Below are positions 1-9,370 of a stretch of 41,821 bases of DNA, piece after piece (position 1 is the first letter of the stretch; the number at the start of each line of letters is the position of its first letter). Origin of the DNA: a virus. The stretch lies in the IMG/VR virus record IMGVR_UViG_3300045988_157277, positions 1-41,821 of that record; one strand, 5' to 3'. The notes beneath the pieces were generated by a model. It made no database searches and was not told the DNA's origin. It saw only the letters and a list, made by a program, of their open reading frames with translations. The position numbers were made by a program, and so were the translations under genes.

Positions 1-119
1 ATCAAAGTGTATCATTTACAACTTCTGAACTAAATAATATTTATAATGCTATGTCAAATGTAACAAGTGCTACTTTTAAATTTGTAAATTCAACATATAG
101 TGGAGCAAATATTATAGGA
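1..119. repeat. Terminal direct repeat: nt 1-119 are identical to nt 41703-41821, a circular assembly overlap. The genome unit is 41,702 bp.
   Basis: Exact identity of the first and last 119 nt, read directly. The ORF reading into the 3' end continues in frame into the ORF at 51..1481. Confidence 0.9.
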
Positions 120-1481
120 ACATCTACTAAAACATCAACTGGTTCTATTAATGCAAATATAAAACCTAGTATTTCAAGTGTAGTATTATCAGAAGCAGTA
201 AGTGGAATTGCTACAAAATTTGGTGTTTATATTCAAAATAAATCTAAAATAAGTGGAGTAATAACAGCAAGTGCTGGAACTGGTTCTAGTATTGAAAGTT
301 GTATAACTACTATAAATGGATCAACATATACTTCAAGTAATTTTACAACAGAAATATTAACTAAAAGTGGTAGTAACTCATATTCAGTAACAGTAACTGA
401 TAAAAGAGGTAGAACTGCAACAAGTAGTGGAACTTTTAGTGTAACCGAATATAGCAATCCAAAAGTATCAAGTTTATCAGTAGTTAGATGTAATTCTGAT
501 GGAACTTTAAATGATAATGGTACTTATGTAAAAGTTAATGGAACTGCTTCAATAACTTCTTTATCAAATAAAAATGATAAAACATTTAAATTAGAATATA
601 AATTAAAAACCGATACAACATGGACTACAAATGAAACATATACAAGTTCATATACATATACAATAACAAATAAAATAATTAGTGGTATTAGTGCTGATAA
701 TGAATATGATTTTAGAATAACTGCAACTGATTATTTTGGAACACCTACAGCAAAAAGTTATCCTTTATCAAGTGGATTTACAATTCAAGATATTAATGTA
801 AGTGGAAAAGGTATTGCTTTTGGTAAAGTAAGTTCTAAAAATGCTATGGAAATAAATATGAATATTTATGATAGATTTGATACTTTAATAAATAATGGTT
901 TGTCATTATATAAAACTGGTGGTACTGATATAAATCCAAATACTACATTAGAAGAATTAATTTTGACTGAAACTAATACTCCTAGCGGTGGTTTTTGGTA
1001 TATAAGGACAATGTTTTATTCAACTAAAAGTGAAACATCTAATAGAACTCAAGTAGCATATCCTTATGCTTATAGTTCTTCATCTGTAAAAGGTACTGTA
1101 TATACAAGAATATATACAAGTGGAATTGGATGGAGTGAGTGGATGGCAACAGATATAGTTTCATTTACTCATACTGATGGAAGCGGAAGCATACAATTTG
1201 CAAATGGTTTGTTAATTCAATGGGGTAGAGTTTCAATTACACCTATTGCTGCTAATACCGTTACTAGTGTAACTGTTAACTTTCCAATTACATATGATGA
1301 AGTGCCAAAAGTTAATGCTGATCCTAATACATCAGTACCTAATGTTATTTCTTCTGGAGTAGGTGGAGGAACAACAACTGATGAATCTAAAAAAAGTATG
1401 ATTGTTTATATGACAAGAACTAATACTGTTGCAACAACTTTCCAATGGCTGGCGATTGGCTTTAAGAAGGTGGTGAGTTAA
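1..1481 (+). CDS. Tail or baseplate-associated protein, 3' continuation of the gene starting at 41153. Putative receptor-binding or host-specificity protein.
   Basis: Frame continuity across the junction. Large S/T/N/G-rich protein immediately after Tal in the tail module. Confidence 0.65.
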   Translation, partial: QSVSFTTSELNNIYNAMSNVTSATFKFVNSTYSGANIIGTSTKTSTGSINANIKPSISSVVLSEAVSGIATKFGVYIQNKSKISGVITASAGTGSSIESCITTINGSTYTSSNFTTEILTKSGSNSYSVTVTDKRGRTATSSGTFSVTEYSNPKVSSLSVVRCNSDGTLNDNGTYVKVNGTASITSLSNKNDKTFKLEYKLKTDTTWTTNETYTSSYTYTITNKIISGISADNEYDFRITATDYFGTPTAKSYPLSSGFTIQDINVSGKGIAFGKVSSKNAMEINMNIYDRFDTLINNGLSLYKTGGTDINPNTTLEELILTETNTPSGGFWYIRTMFYSTKSETSNRTQVAYPYAYSSSSVKGTVYTRIYTSGIGWSEWMATDIVSFTHTDGSGSIQFANGLLIQWGRVSITPIAANTVTSVTVNFPITYDEVPKVNADPNTSVPNVISSGVGGGTTTDESKKSMIVYMTRTNTVATTFQWLAIGFKKVVS

Positions 1482-3271
1482 TGAAATATATATTAAAAGA
1501 TGGTTATATAGATGAAGTTTCATTTGGTGGAACAATTGAATGTAAAAATCAAACATGTACTGAATACACTGGATCTATTCCTGATGGATATACATCTTTA
1601 GAAGAGTGGTTTATTGGTGAAGAAGGTAAATTAAATGCTTGGAAATTAGTTGATGGTAATCTAGTATTTGATAGTAATAAATATGAAACACTACAAGTAA
1701 AATGTGAAAAAGAAGCAGAAGATAATAGATATGTACGATACAAAGAAATAAGTAATATCAATAATATAATTAAAACTGATACATCAAACAATTATAAAAG
1801 AAGTACTACTGATTTATTAAACTTATTAGAAGTAATTGATAGTAATAAATTTTCTAGTGAGTATATTAAATTAATTGCTAATAAAACTATAACTAATAGC
1901 ATAACAATAAAATTTAATAATGGAAATCTATTAACCAATGATGCCACTTCTAAAACAGAAAGTGGTATTTCTTTTGAAGTAAATGTAGATAGAAGTATAC
2001 AAATTAGTGGTACTGCAATAGCAGATATTGAATTTAATATTGGAGGTACTAGCACAAATACTAAACCAATACTTGTATTAAAGAAAAATACCAACTATTA
2101 CTTATCATCAAATGATTACACAATAAAAATGTATGCCTATGATGGAACTGATAGAACAGAAGTATATAGTGGTATTGGTGGAATTATTAATTTAAGTAGT
2201 GATAGTAAAGTTACAAATATAGTTCTAGCAATAGCAAGTGGTGCAACAATAAACGACACCATATATCCAATGCTTAATTTAGGTACAACAGCAGAAGATT
2301 ATGTTACATATCAAGGTAACGAAAGTACAATATTTTTAGATGGTAATTCATTATATATTGGTGATTACATTAATATTGAAAATGGTTCGGTTATACTTCA
2401 AAATTCACCTTTTATTGGTGATGATTTAATAATTGGTGATAGTTTTATAATTGGTGGATCAACAATAATGTTAGATGATATTGGTATGCCTTATACATAT
2501 TTAAATAAAACATATATGTATGCTTATGAAGATGTTAAATTAATGGTTACATATCCTAATACTGAAAGAGATTTAGATTTATGTGGTTATGAAACACCTA
2601 ATAGTGGTTTTAGTATTGATGAAGAAGGAAATGCATACTTAAATAATGGGACATTTAGAGGTAATATATATTTCCCAAATAGTGATAGTAAAATTGTTGG
2701 TGGTGAAGGTCTATTATCAACTATGATTGTAAATGCTTCAATATGGAGCAAGAGTTTTCTAGGTGGACAAGGCTTTATGCCATTAGGTTTTGATGCAATA
2801 TCTGAAAGTGGAGTTGCACAAAGTCAAATGATAGAATTTGTTATACCTGAAAATTTTATACCTAAAAAAGCTTTTATTTATTTAAGACACATACCATTAA
2901 AACATTCGGGTAATTTTTCTGGAACAACAACAAAAGAAACTTATACTGGTTATTCAAGAAATATCAAAGCATATATATGTTCTGATGGATCGTTTGGTAG
3001 AAATATTTCTTATATAAATGAAGAACCCGAGATAACAGGCAATTATAGTGAAATAACTAATTGTTTTGGTGTAAATGGATTTACTGGTAATTCTAGTATA
3101 CTAACCGAAATAACATCTATAGACATAATAGATTATATAAAGAACGCTGGCACATATTCAATAAAATTAAAAAGCGGTGCTACGGCTCCAAGTGGATTTC
3201 AAAATATATATGAATACACTGGAAGTGTATTAGCACAATTGTATATTATAGGATATACAAATTTAGAATAA
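1481..3271 (+). CDS. Tail fiber or receptor-binding protein (596 aa)
   Basis: Start ATGA overlaps the upstream stop, with RBS GGTGGTGAG. Large N/G/S/T-rich beta-rich protein in the distal tail module. Confidence 0.55.
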   Translation: MKYILKDGYIDEVSFGGTIECKNQTCTEYTGSIPDGYTSLEEWFIGEEGKLNAWKLVDGNLVFDSNKYETLQVKCEKEAEDNRYVRYKEISNINNIIKTDTSNNYKRSTTDLLNLLEVIDSNKFSSEYIKLIANKTITNSITIKFNNGNLLTNDATSKTESGISFEVNVDRSIQISGTAIADIEFNIGGTSTNTKPILVLKKNTNYYLSSNDYTIKMYAYDGTDRTEVYSGIGGIINLSSDSKVTNIVLAIASGATINDTIYPMLNLGTTAEDYVTYQGNESTIFLDGNSLYIGDYINIENGSVILQNSPFIGDDLIIGDSFIIGGSTIMLDDIGMPYTYLNKTYMYAYEDVKLMVTYPNTERDLDLCGYETPNSGFSIDEEGNAYLNNGTFRGNIYFPNSDSKIVGGEGLLSTMIVNASIWSKSFLGGQGFMPLGFDAISESGVAQSQMIEFVIPENFIPKKAFIYLRHIPLKHSGNFSGTTTKETYTGYSRNIKAYICSDGSFGRNISYINEEPEITGNYSEITNCFGVNGFTGNSSILTEITSIDIIDYIKNAGTYSIKLKSGATAPSGFQNIYEYTGSVLAQLYIIGYTNLE

Positions 3272-3286
3272 AGGAGGAATAAAAAT

Positions 3287-3874
3287 ATGGCTTTAATAGA
3301 ATTTCAAGATGGAGTTACAAAAGGTAATGCAGAAACTTTTAATAATAATTTTAATGAATTAAATAATAATATAGGAGATTTATCAACATTAAAAACTACT
3401 GATAAAACTAGTTGTGTTGGTGCTATTAATGAAATAAATGATACAAATATATTAGAAATATGTTTAACAAAAAATCAAAATGTTTTAACTGATGTGTCTA
3501 CTAAAGTCGCATTTGATAGTATTTGTTATCAAAAGGGAGACAAATTAACTTTTACAGACAATGGTATTAAAATTGGCAAGGGTGTTAATACAGTAAGAGT
3601 TGATTTAAAATTGTGGTTAGAAAATAACACAAATACTAGTTATGCAGCATTTTATATTTTTAAAAATTTAAAAGAACTAACATATAATTTACAACCTTAT
3701 ATTGCAAATTCAACAAATTGGCAAACAGCAAATTCATACGTTTATGTAAATGTTCAAGAGGGAGATATGATTTATGCTAATGTTAGATTTAGTGCAGCGT
3801 CTGGTAGTGGAGATGCAAATAAAATAGCTGCATACAATCATGGAAGTACTCTTGCTGTACAAGTAATAGATTAG
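3287..3874 (+). CDS. Tail fiber-associated protein (195 aa) with an N-terminal fiber motif
   Basis: RBS AAGGAGGA. The N-terminal motif '...GDLSTLKTTDKTSCVGAINEIND' resembles N-termini of Firmicute phage fiber/RBP proteins. Confidence 0.45.
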   Translation: MALIEFQDGVTKGNAETFNNNFNELNNNIGDLSTLKTTDKTSCVGAINEINDTNILEICLTKNQNVLTDVSTKVAFDSICYQKGDKLTFTDNGIKIGKGVNTVRVDLKLWLENNTNTSYAAFYIFKNLKELTYNLQPYIANSTNWQTANSYVYVNVQEGDMIYANVRFSAASGSGDANKIAAYNHGSTLAVQVID

Positions 3875-3888
3875 GAAGGAGAATAAAA

Positions 3889-4101
3889 ATGGAAGCAATA
3901 ATAACAGCAATAATAGGAGGTGCGTGTGTAGCAGTGCCTTCTATCATAGCAACTTTAGTGGGTAATTCTAAAACTATTTATAGGATAGAACAATTAGAAA
4001 AGAAACAAGATAAACATAATACACTTATTGAAAGAACTTATAAACTAGAAGAAGATGTAAAGAATATTCAAGATGATATAAAAGATTTAAGGCACTCTTA
4101 A
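3889..4101 (+). CDS. Small membrane protein (70 aa): N-terminal transmembrane helix plus C-terminal coiled coil. Putative holin-associated or XhlA-like lysis accessory protein.
   Basis: RBS GGAAGGAGA. Hydrophobic stretch AIITAIIGGACVAVPSIIATLV followed by a charged coiled coil. Sits directly upstream of the holin. Confidence 0.4.
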   Translation: MEAIITAIIGGACVAVPSIIATLVGNSKTIYRIEQLEKKQDKHNTLIERTYKLEEDVKNIQDDIKDLRHS

Positions 4102-4115
4102 AAAGGGTGCTTTTT
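4088..4115 (+). terminator. Putative rho-independent terminator or attenuator between the small membrane protein and the holin
   Basis: GCACTCTT-aaaa-AGGGTGC stem-loop followed by TTTTTAT. Confidence 0.35.
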
Positions 4116-4140
4116 ATATTAATTAAAAGGAGGTGATAAT

Positions 4141-4341
4141 ATGAAAATTAAAAAATGGTTAAAAGCAGCAGGAATAAGAGCAATTAAAACAGTTGCACAA
4201 ACTGCAGTAGCAACTATTGGAACATCTGCAGTAATTGGTGAAGTAAATTGGAAAATGGTTTTATCTGCTTCATTATTAGCAGGTATTTTATCATTATTAA
4301 CATCTATTGCAGGTTTACCAGAAGTTAAGGAAGGAGAATAA
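4141..4341 (+). CDS. Holin (66 aa), LL-H/phi-LC3-like family
   Basis: RBS AAAGGAGGTG. N-terminus 'KKWLKAAGIRAIKTVAQTAVA' is typical of LL-H-type holins. Two hydrophobic segments. Immediately upstream of the endolysin. Confidence 0.65.
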   Translation: MKIKKWLKAAGIRAIKTVAQTAVATIGTSAVIGEVNWKMVLSASLLAGILSLLTSIAGLPEVKEGE

Positions 4342-4344
4342 TTT

Positions 4345-5217
4345 ATGAATAAAATAATGACATCAAAAGAATTATGTAATAAAGCTATTGATATAGCAAA
4401 AAATTATAAAACGTTATATGTAATGGGTTGCTTTGGTGCTCCTATGACAGCAAGCAATAAAAAAAGATATTGTAATAATCACTCATATAATAAACAAGCT
4501 GCTAGACAAAAAATGATTAATAATGCTAGTGCTGATACATTTGGTTTTGATTGTGTATGTTTGATTAAAGGTATCTTATGGGGTTGGAATGGCAATAAAA
4601 AAGCAGTTTATGGTGGTGCTAATTATGCTAGTACAATTCCTGATTTATCTATTCCAACTATGACTGGTAAGAAATATGCTACTGGTAATTCAACTAATTT
4701 TAATAATATAGTTGCTGGTGAACTCCTTTATATAGGAACAGGCCATATTGGTATTTATATTGGTAATGGTTTAGCAGTAGAATGTACCCCAGCATGGGAA
4801 AATAAAGTGCAAATTACAGCAGTAGGTAATATTGGTACTAAAAAAGGCTATAATACTAGATATTGGGACGCTCATTGTAAAGCAAATTTCATTGATTATG
4901 TAGCCGAACCAGTAGAACATAATAAAACTATTGAGGAAGTAGCACAAGAGGTTTTAGATGGCAAATGGGGAAATAATCCTGAACGTAAAGAAAGACTAAC
5001 TAAAGCTGGATATGATTATTCAAAAGTACAAACAAAAGTAAATGAATTAGTTAAGAAAAAGAATGATCCAATTGTCTACATAGTCAAAAAAGGTGATAGT
5101 TTATCTAAAATAGGTAAACAATATAATGTTAATTGGAAAGTAATTGCTAAAGATAATAATATTAAAGCACCTTTCTATATAATCAGAGTAGGTCAAAAAT
5201 TAATAATCAATAAATAG
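4345..5217 (+). CDS. Endolysin: NlpC/P60-type cysteine peptidase domain with a C-terminal LysM cell-wall-binding domain
   Basis: The FDCVCLIKG (Cys nucleophile) and GHIGIYIGNG (His) motifs fit the NlpC/P60 fold. The C-terminal 'YIVKKGDSLSKIGKQYNVNWKVIAKDNNI...IRVGQKLII' is a LysM motif. Confidence 0.75.
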   Translation: MNKIMTSKELCNKAIDIAKNYKTLYVMGCFGAPMTASNKKRYCNNHSYNKQAARQKMINNASADTFGFDCVCLIKGILWGWNGNKKAVYGGANYASTIPDLSIPTMTGKKYATGNSTNFNNIVAGELLYIGTGHIGIYIGNGLAVECTPAWENKVQITAVGNIGTKKGYNTRYWDAHCKANFIDYVAEPVEHNKTIEEVAQEVLDGKWGNNPERKERLTKAGYDYSKVQTKVNELVKKKNDPIVYIVKKGDSLSKIGKQYNVNWKVIAKDNNIKAPFYIIRVGQKLIINK

Positions 5218-5221
5218 GACT

Positions 5222-5250
5222 AGGGTTTACACTCTAGTTCTTTTTTTATG
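5222..5250 (+). terminator. Rho-independent terminator after the lysis cassette
   Basis: ACTAG-ggtttacact-CTAGT hairpin followed by TCTTTTTTTAT. Confidence 0.45.
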
Positions 5251-5331
5251 TAAACTAAATGGAAAAAATTGCCATAAATATTGATTTATGGAAATTATTG
5301 CCATATAATATTATTATGAAAGGAGGATATA

Positions 5332-5519
5332 TGAAATTAAATATCAAAAGAACTACTTTGTTCTTGCTGGGGGTGTTATGTGCTTCAATGTGTGTAACTG
5401 AATGGATAATAGTTTTATTTAAAGGTTCATTTACTTTATTTGGACTATTTGTAAATCTATTAGAGCTATTTATTGCTTATGGAATATATACATATTTTGA
5501 AAATTATTTAGAAAAATAG
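5332..5519 (+). CDS. Small membrane protein (62 aa from the ATG at 5332; the track ORF starts at 5259)
   Basis: RBS AAAGGAGGA 7 nt upstream of the ATG at 5332. Two predicted transmembrane helices. First gene after the lysis terminator, a position often taken by superinfection-exclusion morons. Confidence 0.5.
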
Positions 5520-5534
5520 GAAAGGGAAATAATT

Positions 5535-5969
5535 ATGATATTTTTTTATAAAAGAAAATATCAGGGGACTTTGGAAAAAATAAAAGAATTATCAGAAACA
5601 ATTGATAAAAAAGATAAAGAGATAGATAAACTTCAAAATGATATTACTAATAAACGTTGGGAAGAATTATGCAAACTAACTACTGAAACAAATAAAAATG
5701 CAAAATTAGTAAAAGATATAGAAAAACTTAAAGATATTAATAAAGATATATCTATAGAAAATGATGATTTAACAGCAAAAAACAACGAATTAAGAGCAGA
5801 AAATAAAGAATTAAATAAAAAGATAAAGTCATTAGAAAGAAGAATAGAAAATCTAAAGAAAACTCGTAAATTACCTAGCACTAAAGCACCAAACCAATTA
5901 ATTAGGGTTAAATTAGGTGCTTCTACTAAAAGTAATGTTAGAAACCATATTAAAAAGGAAGTTATATGA
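5535..5969 (+). CDS. Coiled-coil protein (144 aa), unknown function
   Basis: RBS GGAAAGGGA. Strongly heptad-like K/E/L-rich sequence. Confidence 0.5.
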   Translation: MIFFYKRKYQGTLEKIKELSETIDKKDKEIDKLQNDITNKRWEELCKLTTETNKNAKLVKDIEKLKDINKDISIENDDLTAKNNELRAENKELNKKIKSLERRIENLKKTRKLPSTKAPNQLIRVKLGASTKSNVRNHIKKEVI

Positions 5970-6094
5970 TTTTAGGAATAATAATTTTAATAGCAATGAT
6001 TATAATAACTGGGGTTTTAGTTATACTAGCAGATCATAAAGAAGAAATATGGGGGAGATTAGAATTTAAGGAGGAAAGCAATGAGCAAAGATAA
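5966..6094 (+). CDS. Small hydrophobic protein (42 aa), translationally coupled (ATGA overlap)
   Basis: ATG overlaps the upstream TGA. MILGIIILIAMIIITGVLVILA is a single transmembrane helix. Not in the supplied track. Confidence 0.35.
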   Translation: MILGIIILIAMIIITGVLVILADHKEEIWGRLEFKEESNEQR

Positions 6095-6452
6095 ATATGG
6101 AGAAATAATAAATGGGGAAAGTACATATAGAACTATCGCTGATGAATTAATAGAAGGTAAAAGTGTAATCATAGGTTGGACTGATGAGAAATACGATCAT
6201 AGAGATATATTATTTACTTTTAGACCTCAAAAATATGGTACTTTACAACGAGGTTTAAATTTTCCTAGTCATTTATACATATCAATAATGGATTTTAGTT
6301 GTATGGGTTTCTTAATAGAAGATGATACTGATAATATAAAACATCCTAGTTATATAAAAGAAAAATTAAGATTAAGTGATAATAGTTGTAATGACAAGAT
6401 ATGTGAACTAATAAATGGTGTTATCGAATACATAGATTTAGCAAGGAAGTGA
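6081..6452 (+). CDS. Hypothetical protein (123 aa)
   Basis: RBS AAGGAGGAAAG. Tight ORF packing. Confidence 0.5.
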   Translation: MSKDKYGEIINGESTYRTIADELIEGKSVIIGWTDEKYDHRDILFTFRPQKYGTLQRGLNFPSHLYISIMDFSCMGFLIEDDTDNIKHPSYIKEKLRLSDNSCNDKICELINGVIEYIDLARK

Positions 6453-6457
6453 TAGTA

Positions 6458-6739
6458 ATGAATAAAGAAGAATTAATAGGAAAACTACAAATGGTATATG
6501 TAGGAGATATAAATGCTTTAAATGAATTAATTGGTTATTATGATGGATTAAAACAAGAAATTGAAATAGTACAACAACAAAACCAAAAATACAAAGAAGT
6601 AATTGATAGAGCAACAAAAAATGAAGAAGAAATAATGTATTTAGCAAATAAAGTTGCTATAACAACTCAAAATTTAGAAATCAAAGCAGTTAGAGATAGA
6701 TTAGAAGAAATTTTTAAAATATTAAAAGAGGTGGAATAA
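6458..6739 (+). CDS. Member of a paralogous small coiled-coil family (MNKEE- start)
   Basis: ATG 6458 with RBS GGAAG. Shares the 'GTGATAGTAATGAATAAAGAAGAA' start context with 7353 and the 'AAAACCAAAAATACAAAGAAGT' block with 7550. Confidence 0.5.
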   Translation: MNKEELIGKLQMVYVGDINALNELIGYYDGLKQEIEIVQQQNQKYKEVIDRATKNEEEIMYLANKVAITTQNLEIKAVRDRLEEIFKILKEVE

Positions 6740-7057
6740 ATGAAAAAATATGAAGATGTAAAAAGCTATCTTGATAGAAATTCTAATAAGTGTGCAGATG
6801 ATTTTGATAATATTTCAGATTATCATTTGATGGTTAGAATAGGTCAAATGTATAGAGAATTAGAACAAATTAAATTATCTTATGAGAGAGTGCTAAAAAA
6901 AGAATTTAAAGGTGAATTAATAAGACAAGCTTCTCAAGCAAGACAAACTTTATATAATACTAGAAGTGGTAATCCTAGGAAGCAAGATTTAATAAATGGT
7001 ATCAATTATGCAATAAAAGATTTAGATAAAATTCTAGTTTTAAAAGAGGTGGAATAA
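6740..7057 (+). CDS. Paralogous small protein (105 aa) ending ...LKEVE
   Basis: RBS AAGAGGTGGAATAAATG is identical to the junction at 7040-7060. C-terminal -LKEVE shared with the upstream gene. Confidence 0.5.
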   Translation: MKKYEDVKSYLDRNSNKCADDFDNISDYHLMVRIGQMYRELEQIKLSYERVLKKEFKGELIRQASQARQTLYNTRSGNPRKQDLINGINYAIKDLDKILVLKEVE

Positions 7058-7360
7058 ATGAAAGCAGATTATGTTCATAAAGATACTTTAACAGCAACCG
7101 ATTATGTTGAACTAAACAAAAATAATGAACTACTTATGAGTTATAATCAAGCATTATTAAAAGAAAATCAAGAATTAAAAAAGATGGTTGAACTGTATAG
7201 TAAGTCTTTATATAATGCCGAATTAACTAAATGCAAAGAAGTAATTGATAAGGCAATAGAATACATAAAAAGTTACAAAATCGATTACAGTCCTTATGAA
7301 TTAAGTGATTACAATGTAAGACAAATATTAGAAATATTAAAAGGTGATAGTAATGAATAA
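7058..7360 (+). CDS. Paralogous small protein (100 aa) ending ILKGDSNE
   Basis: Same AAGAGGTGGAATAAATG junction. C-terminal ILKGxxNE shared with the 7598 ORF. Confidence 0.5.
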   Translation: MKADYVHKDTLTATDYVELNKNNELLMSYNQALLKENQELKKMVELYSKSLYNAELTKCKEVIDKAIEYIKSYKIDYSPYELSDYNVRQILEILKGDSNE

Positions 7361-7586
7361 AGAAGAAATAGCAACCACTTATAAAGAATATAAAAATGGT
7401 TTTAAACTAGTAGCAGGTTTAGGAAGATTATCTTGTTATCAAGGATTAGATTATTTAGAAAAACTACTTGAAAAAGATAAATATTATTCAGAACAATTAG
7501 AAGATACTATTGTGTTTATTGAAGGTTATATAAATCGTATTGAAAAAGAAAACCAAAAATACAAAGAAGTATTGATAAAGCAATAG
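7353..7586 (+). CDS. Paralogous small protein (MNKEE- start)
   Basis: Duplicate of the 6458 start context. Internal ENQKYKEV motif shared with the 6458 gene. Confidence 0.45.
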   Translation: MNKEEIATTYKEYKNGFKLVAGLGRLSCYQGLDYLEKLLEKDKYYSEQLEDTIVFIEGYINRIEKENQKYKEVLIKQ

Positions 7587-7597
7587 AGTGGGTTTAT

Positions 7598-7702
7598 ATG
7601 GTGCAACAAAATAAAGATAATAAGCATTTAGAACCTATTATATGTACTGATGAATTAGATGAATTATTAGATATTTTAAAAGGAAGTGAAATAAATGAAT
7701 AA
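7598..7702 (+). CDS. Short ORF (34 aa) ending ILKGSEINE, overlapping the next start
   Basis: Conserved C-terminal motif and conserved junction (GGAAGTGAAATAAATGAATAAAGAAGAA). Not in the track. Confidence 0.3.
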   Translation: MVQQNKDNKHLEPIICTDELDELLDILKGSEINE

Positions 7703-8105
7703 AGAAGAAATAACAGTAAGTGCAGAAGTAAAGACTTATCTAATGGATTTATATAGCCAAATTGAATATGAATTACAAGAGCAATATAATGATGAAGTTC
7801 AAAAATTACAGCAAGAAAATCAAGAATTAAAAAGAAACTGCAACATAGGAAATGAAAATCTTAATTTTTATAGAGAAGAAAATAAAAAATTAATTAATCA
7901 ACAAAAAGAGTTTATAGATTATATGGAAAACGAAATAAATAAATTCAAAGAACTAGAAAAATTTGCAAGAGAAGTATTTGATAATAACAAAATAATTAAT
8001 ATTGGACTAGCACAAAAAACGATAGAAGAAAATAATTTATTGATTTCAAATTTCAATATAATCTTATCAAAATACAAAAGTATTATAGGTGTTAGCGATG
8101 AATAA
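7695..8105 (+). CDS. Paralogous coiled-coil protein (136 aa; MNKEE- start)
   Basis: Same start motif. QENQELK repeat shared with 7058. Confidence 0.5.
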   Translation: MNKEEITVSAEVKTYLMDLYSQIEYELQEQYNDEVQKLQQENQELKRNCNIGNENLNFYREENKKLINQQKEFIDYMENEINKFKELEKFAREVFDNNKIINIGLAQKTIEENNLLISNFNIILSKYKSIIGVSDE

Positions 8106-8505
8106 TGAAATATGGAAACCAATTAAAGGATATGAGGGAAAATATCAAGTAAGTAATTTAGGTAGAGTTAAATCATTAAATTATAATAGAAGTGGCAAAG
8201 AAAAGATATTAAAACCAATATTATCTCATAATGGATATTTACTAGTTAAACTATCAAAGAATGGTAAAACTAAAAATTTTAGAATTAATAGATTAGTGGT
8301 AGAAACATTTATACCTGACAAGAACAATTTCAAGTCAATGCCTGATGAAGATAGAAACAAGATTAATTTAAATAATTTAAAAGTAAATCATATAGATGAA
8401 AACATCAAAAATAATAATATTGAAAATTTAGAGTGGTGTACACATAAATATAATATGAATTATGGAACAATAAATCAAAGAAGAAAGAGAAAGAGTGGTA
8501 AATAA
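8098..8505 (+). CDS. Free-standing HNH homing endonuclease (NUMOD4 + HNH_3)
   Basis: 'EIWKPIKGYEGKYQVSNLGRVKS' is the NUMOD4 motif. '...VNHIDENIKNNNIENLEWCT' is an HNH_3 core. Confidence 0.7.
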   Translation: MNNEIWKPIKGYEGKYQVSNLGRVKSLNYNRSGKEKILKPILSHNGYLLVKLSKNGKTKNFRINRLVVETFIPDKNNFKSMPDEDRNKINLNNLKVNHIDENIKNNNIENLEWCTHKYNMNYGTINQRRKRKSGK

Positions 8506-8954
8506 TGAAATCAATAGAAGAAATAAAGAAAACACCTAATTTATTTATTGAAGCAGAAGCAGAAAATGATGGAATGGGTGGCTATTACTATGACAGAATA
8601 AATAATAAAAAATTAAATTTTATATTTAGTTATCAAATGGGTTGGGAACATTTATCTGTAAGTATGCCTAGTAGAACACCTAGTTGGGATCAAATGTGTA
8701 TGATGAAAGATATATTTTGGAATAAAGATGAAGCATGTGTAGAATATCATCCAAAAGAAGAAGATTATGTTAATATGCATAAACATTGTTTACATATATG
8801 GAAACCTACAGAAGAACATTTACCTACACCACCACATATTTTAGTAGGCTTTAAAAATGAAGAAGAAAAACAAGCATTTTTGCAAATGGCTAGTATATTT
8901 GGTGTAGAAATAAATAAATGGAATTATAACAAAAGAAATAAGGAGGATAAATGA
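8505..8954 (+). CDS. Hypothetical protein (149 aa) with Cys/His-rich motifs
   Basis: ATGA-coupled to the HNH. Conserved-looking 'GWEHLSVS...RTPSWDQMC...HKHCLHIW' block. Confidence 0.45.
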   Translation: MKSIEEIKKTPNLFIEAEAENDGMGGYYYDRINNKKLNFIFSYQMGWEHLSVSMPSRTPSWDQMCMMKDIFWNKDEACVEYHPKEEDYVNMHKHCLHIWKPTEEHLPTPPHILVGFKNEEEKQAFLQMASIFGVEINKWNYNKRNKEDK

Positions 8955-9370
8955 AAAAGACAATGACACTAATTGAGTTATTCAATAAAAAAGCAGATGG
9001 AGAAGATGCACCAGAAAAATTTATATATGATAACTATACTTTTATATCAAATGATATAGGTCAATATGTAGATGAAGATGGAGATAGTATATTAGACCAT
9101 ATATGCCTTGATTTAAGCAACCTAGATGATGTAATAGAAATAATTAGTGATGAAGAAGAATTTGAAGATATAACTGAACTAGATGTTGCATTATTAAGAC
9201 AATGCGATAATTGGTTAAGATGTCCTACAAATGAAGTAACAAAACAAGATATAGAATTAAATCCATATATTATAAATAATATAAGATTAGGATTTCAACA
9301 TAAAATAAACCAATTAATCAAAAATCAAAAGAAGATAATAGAAAGGATAAATAATGAACAAAAGAATTGA
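8951..9370 (+). CDS. Highly acidic protein (139 aa). Possible DNA-mimic or anti-restriction protein.
   Basis: Very high D/E content with spaced acidic clusters. Sits in the moron region. Confidence 0.3.
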   Translation: MKKTMTLIELFNKKADGEDAPEKFIYDNYTFISNDIGQYVDEDGDSILDHICLDLSNLDDVIEIISDEEEFEDITELDVALLRQCDNWLRCPTNEVTKQDIELNPYIINNIRLGFQHKINQLIKNQKKIIERINNEQKN

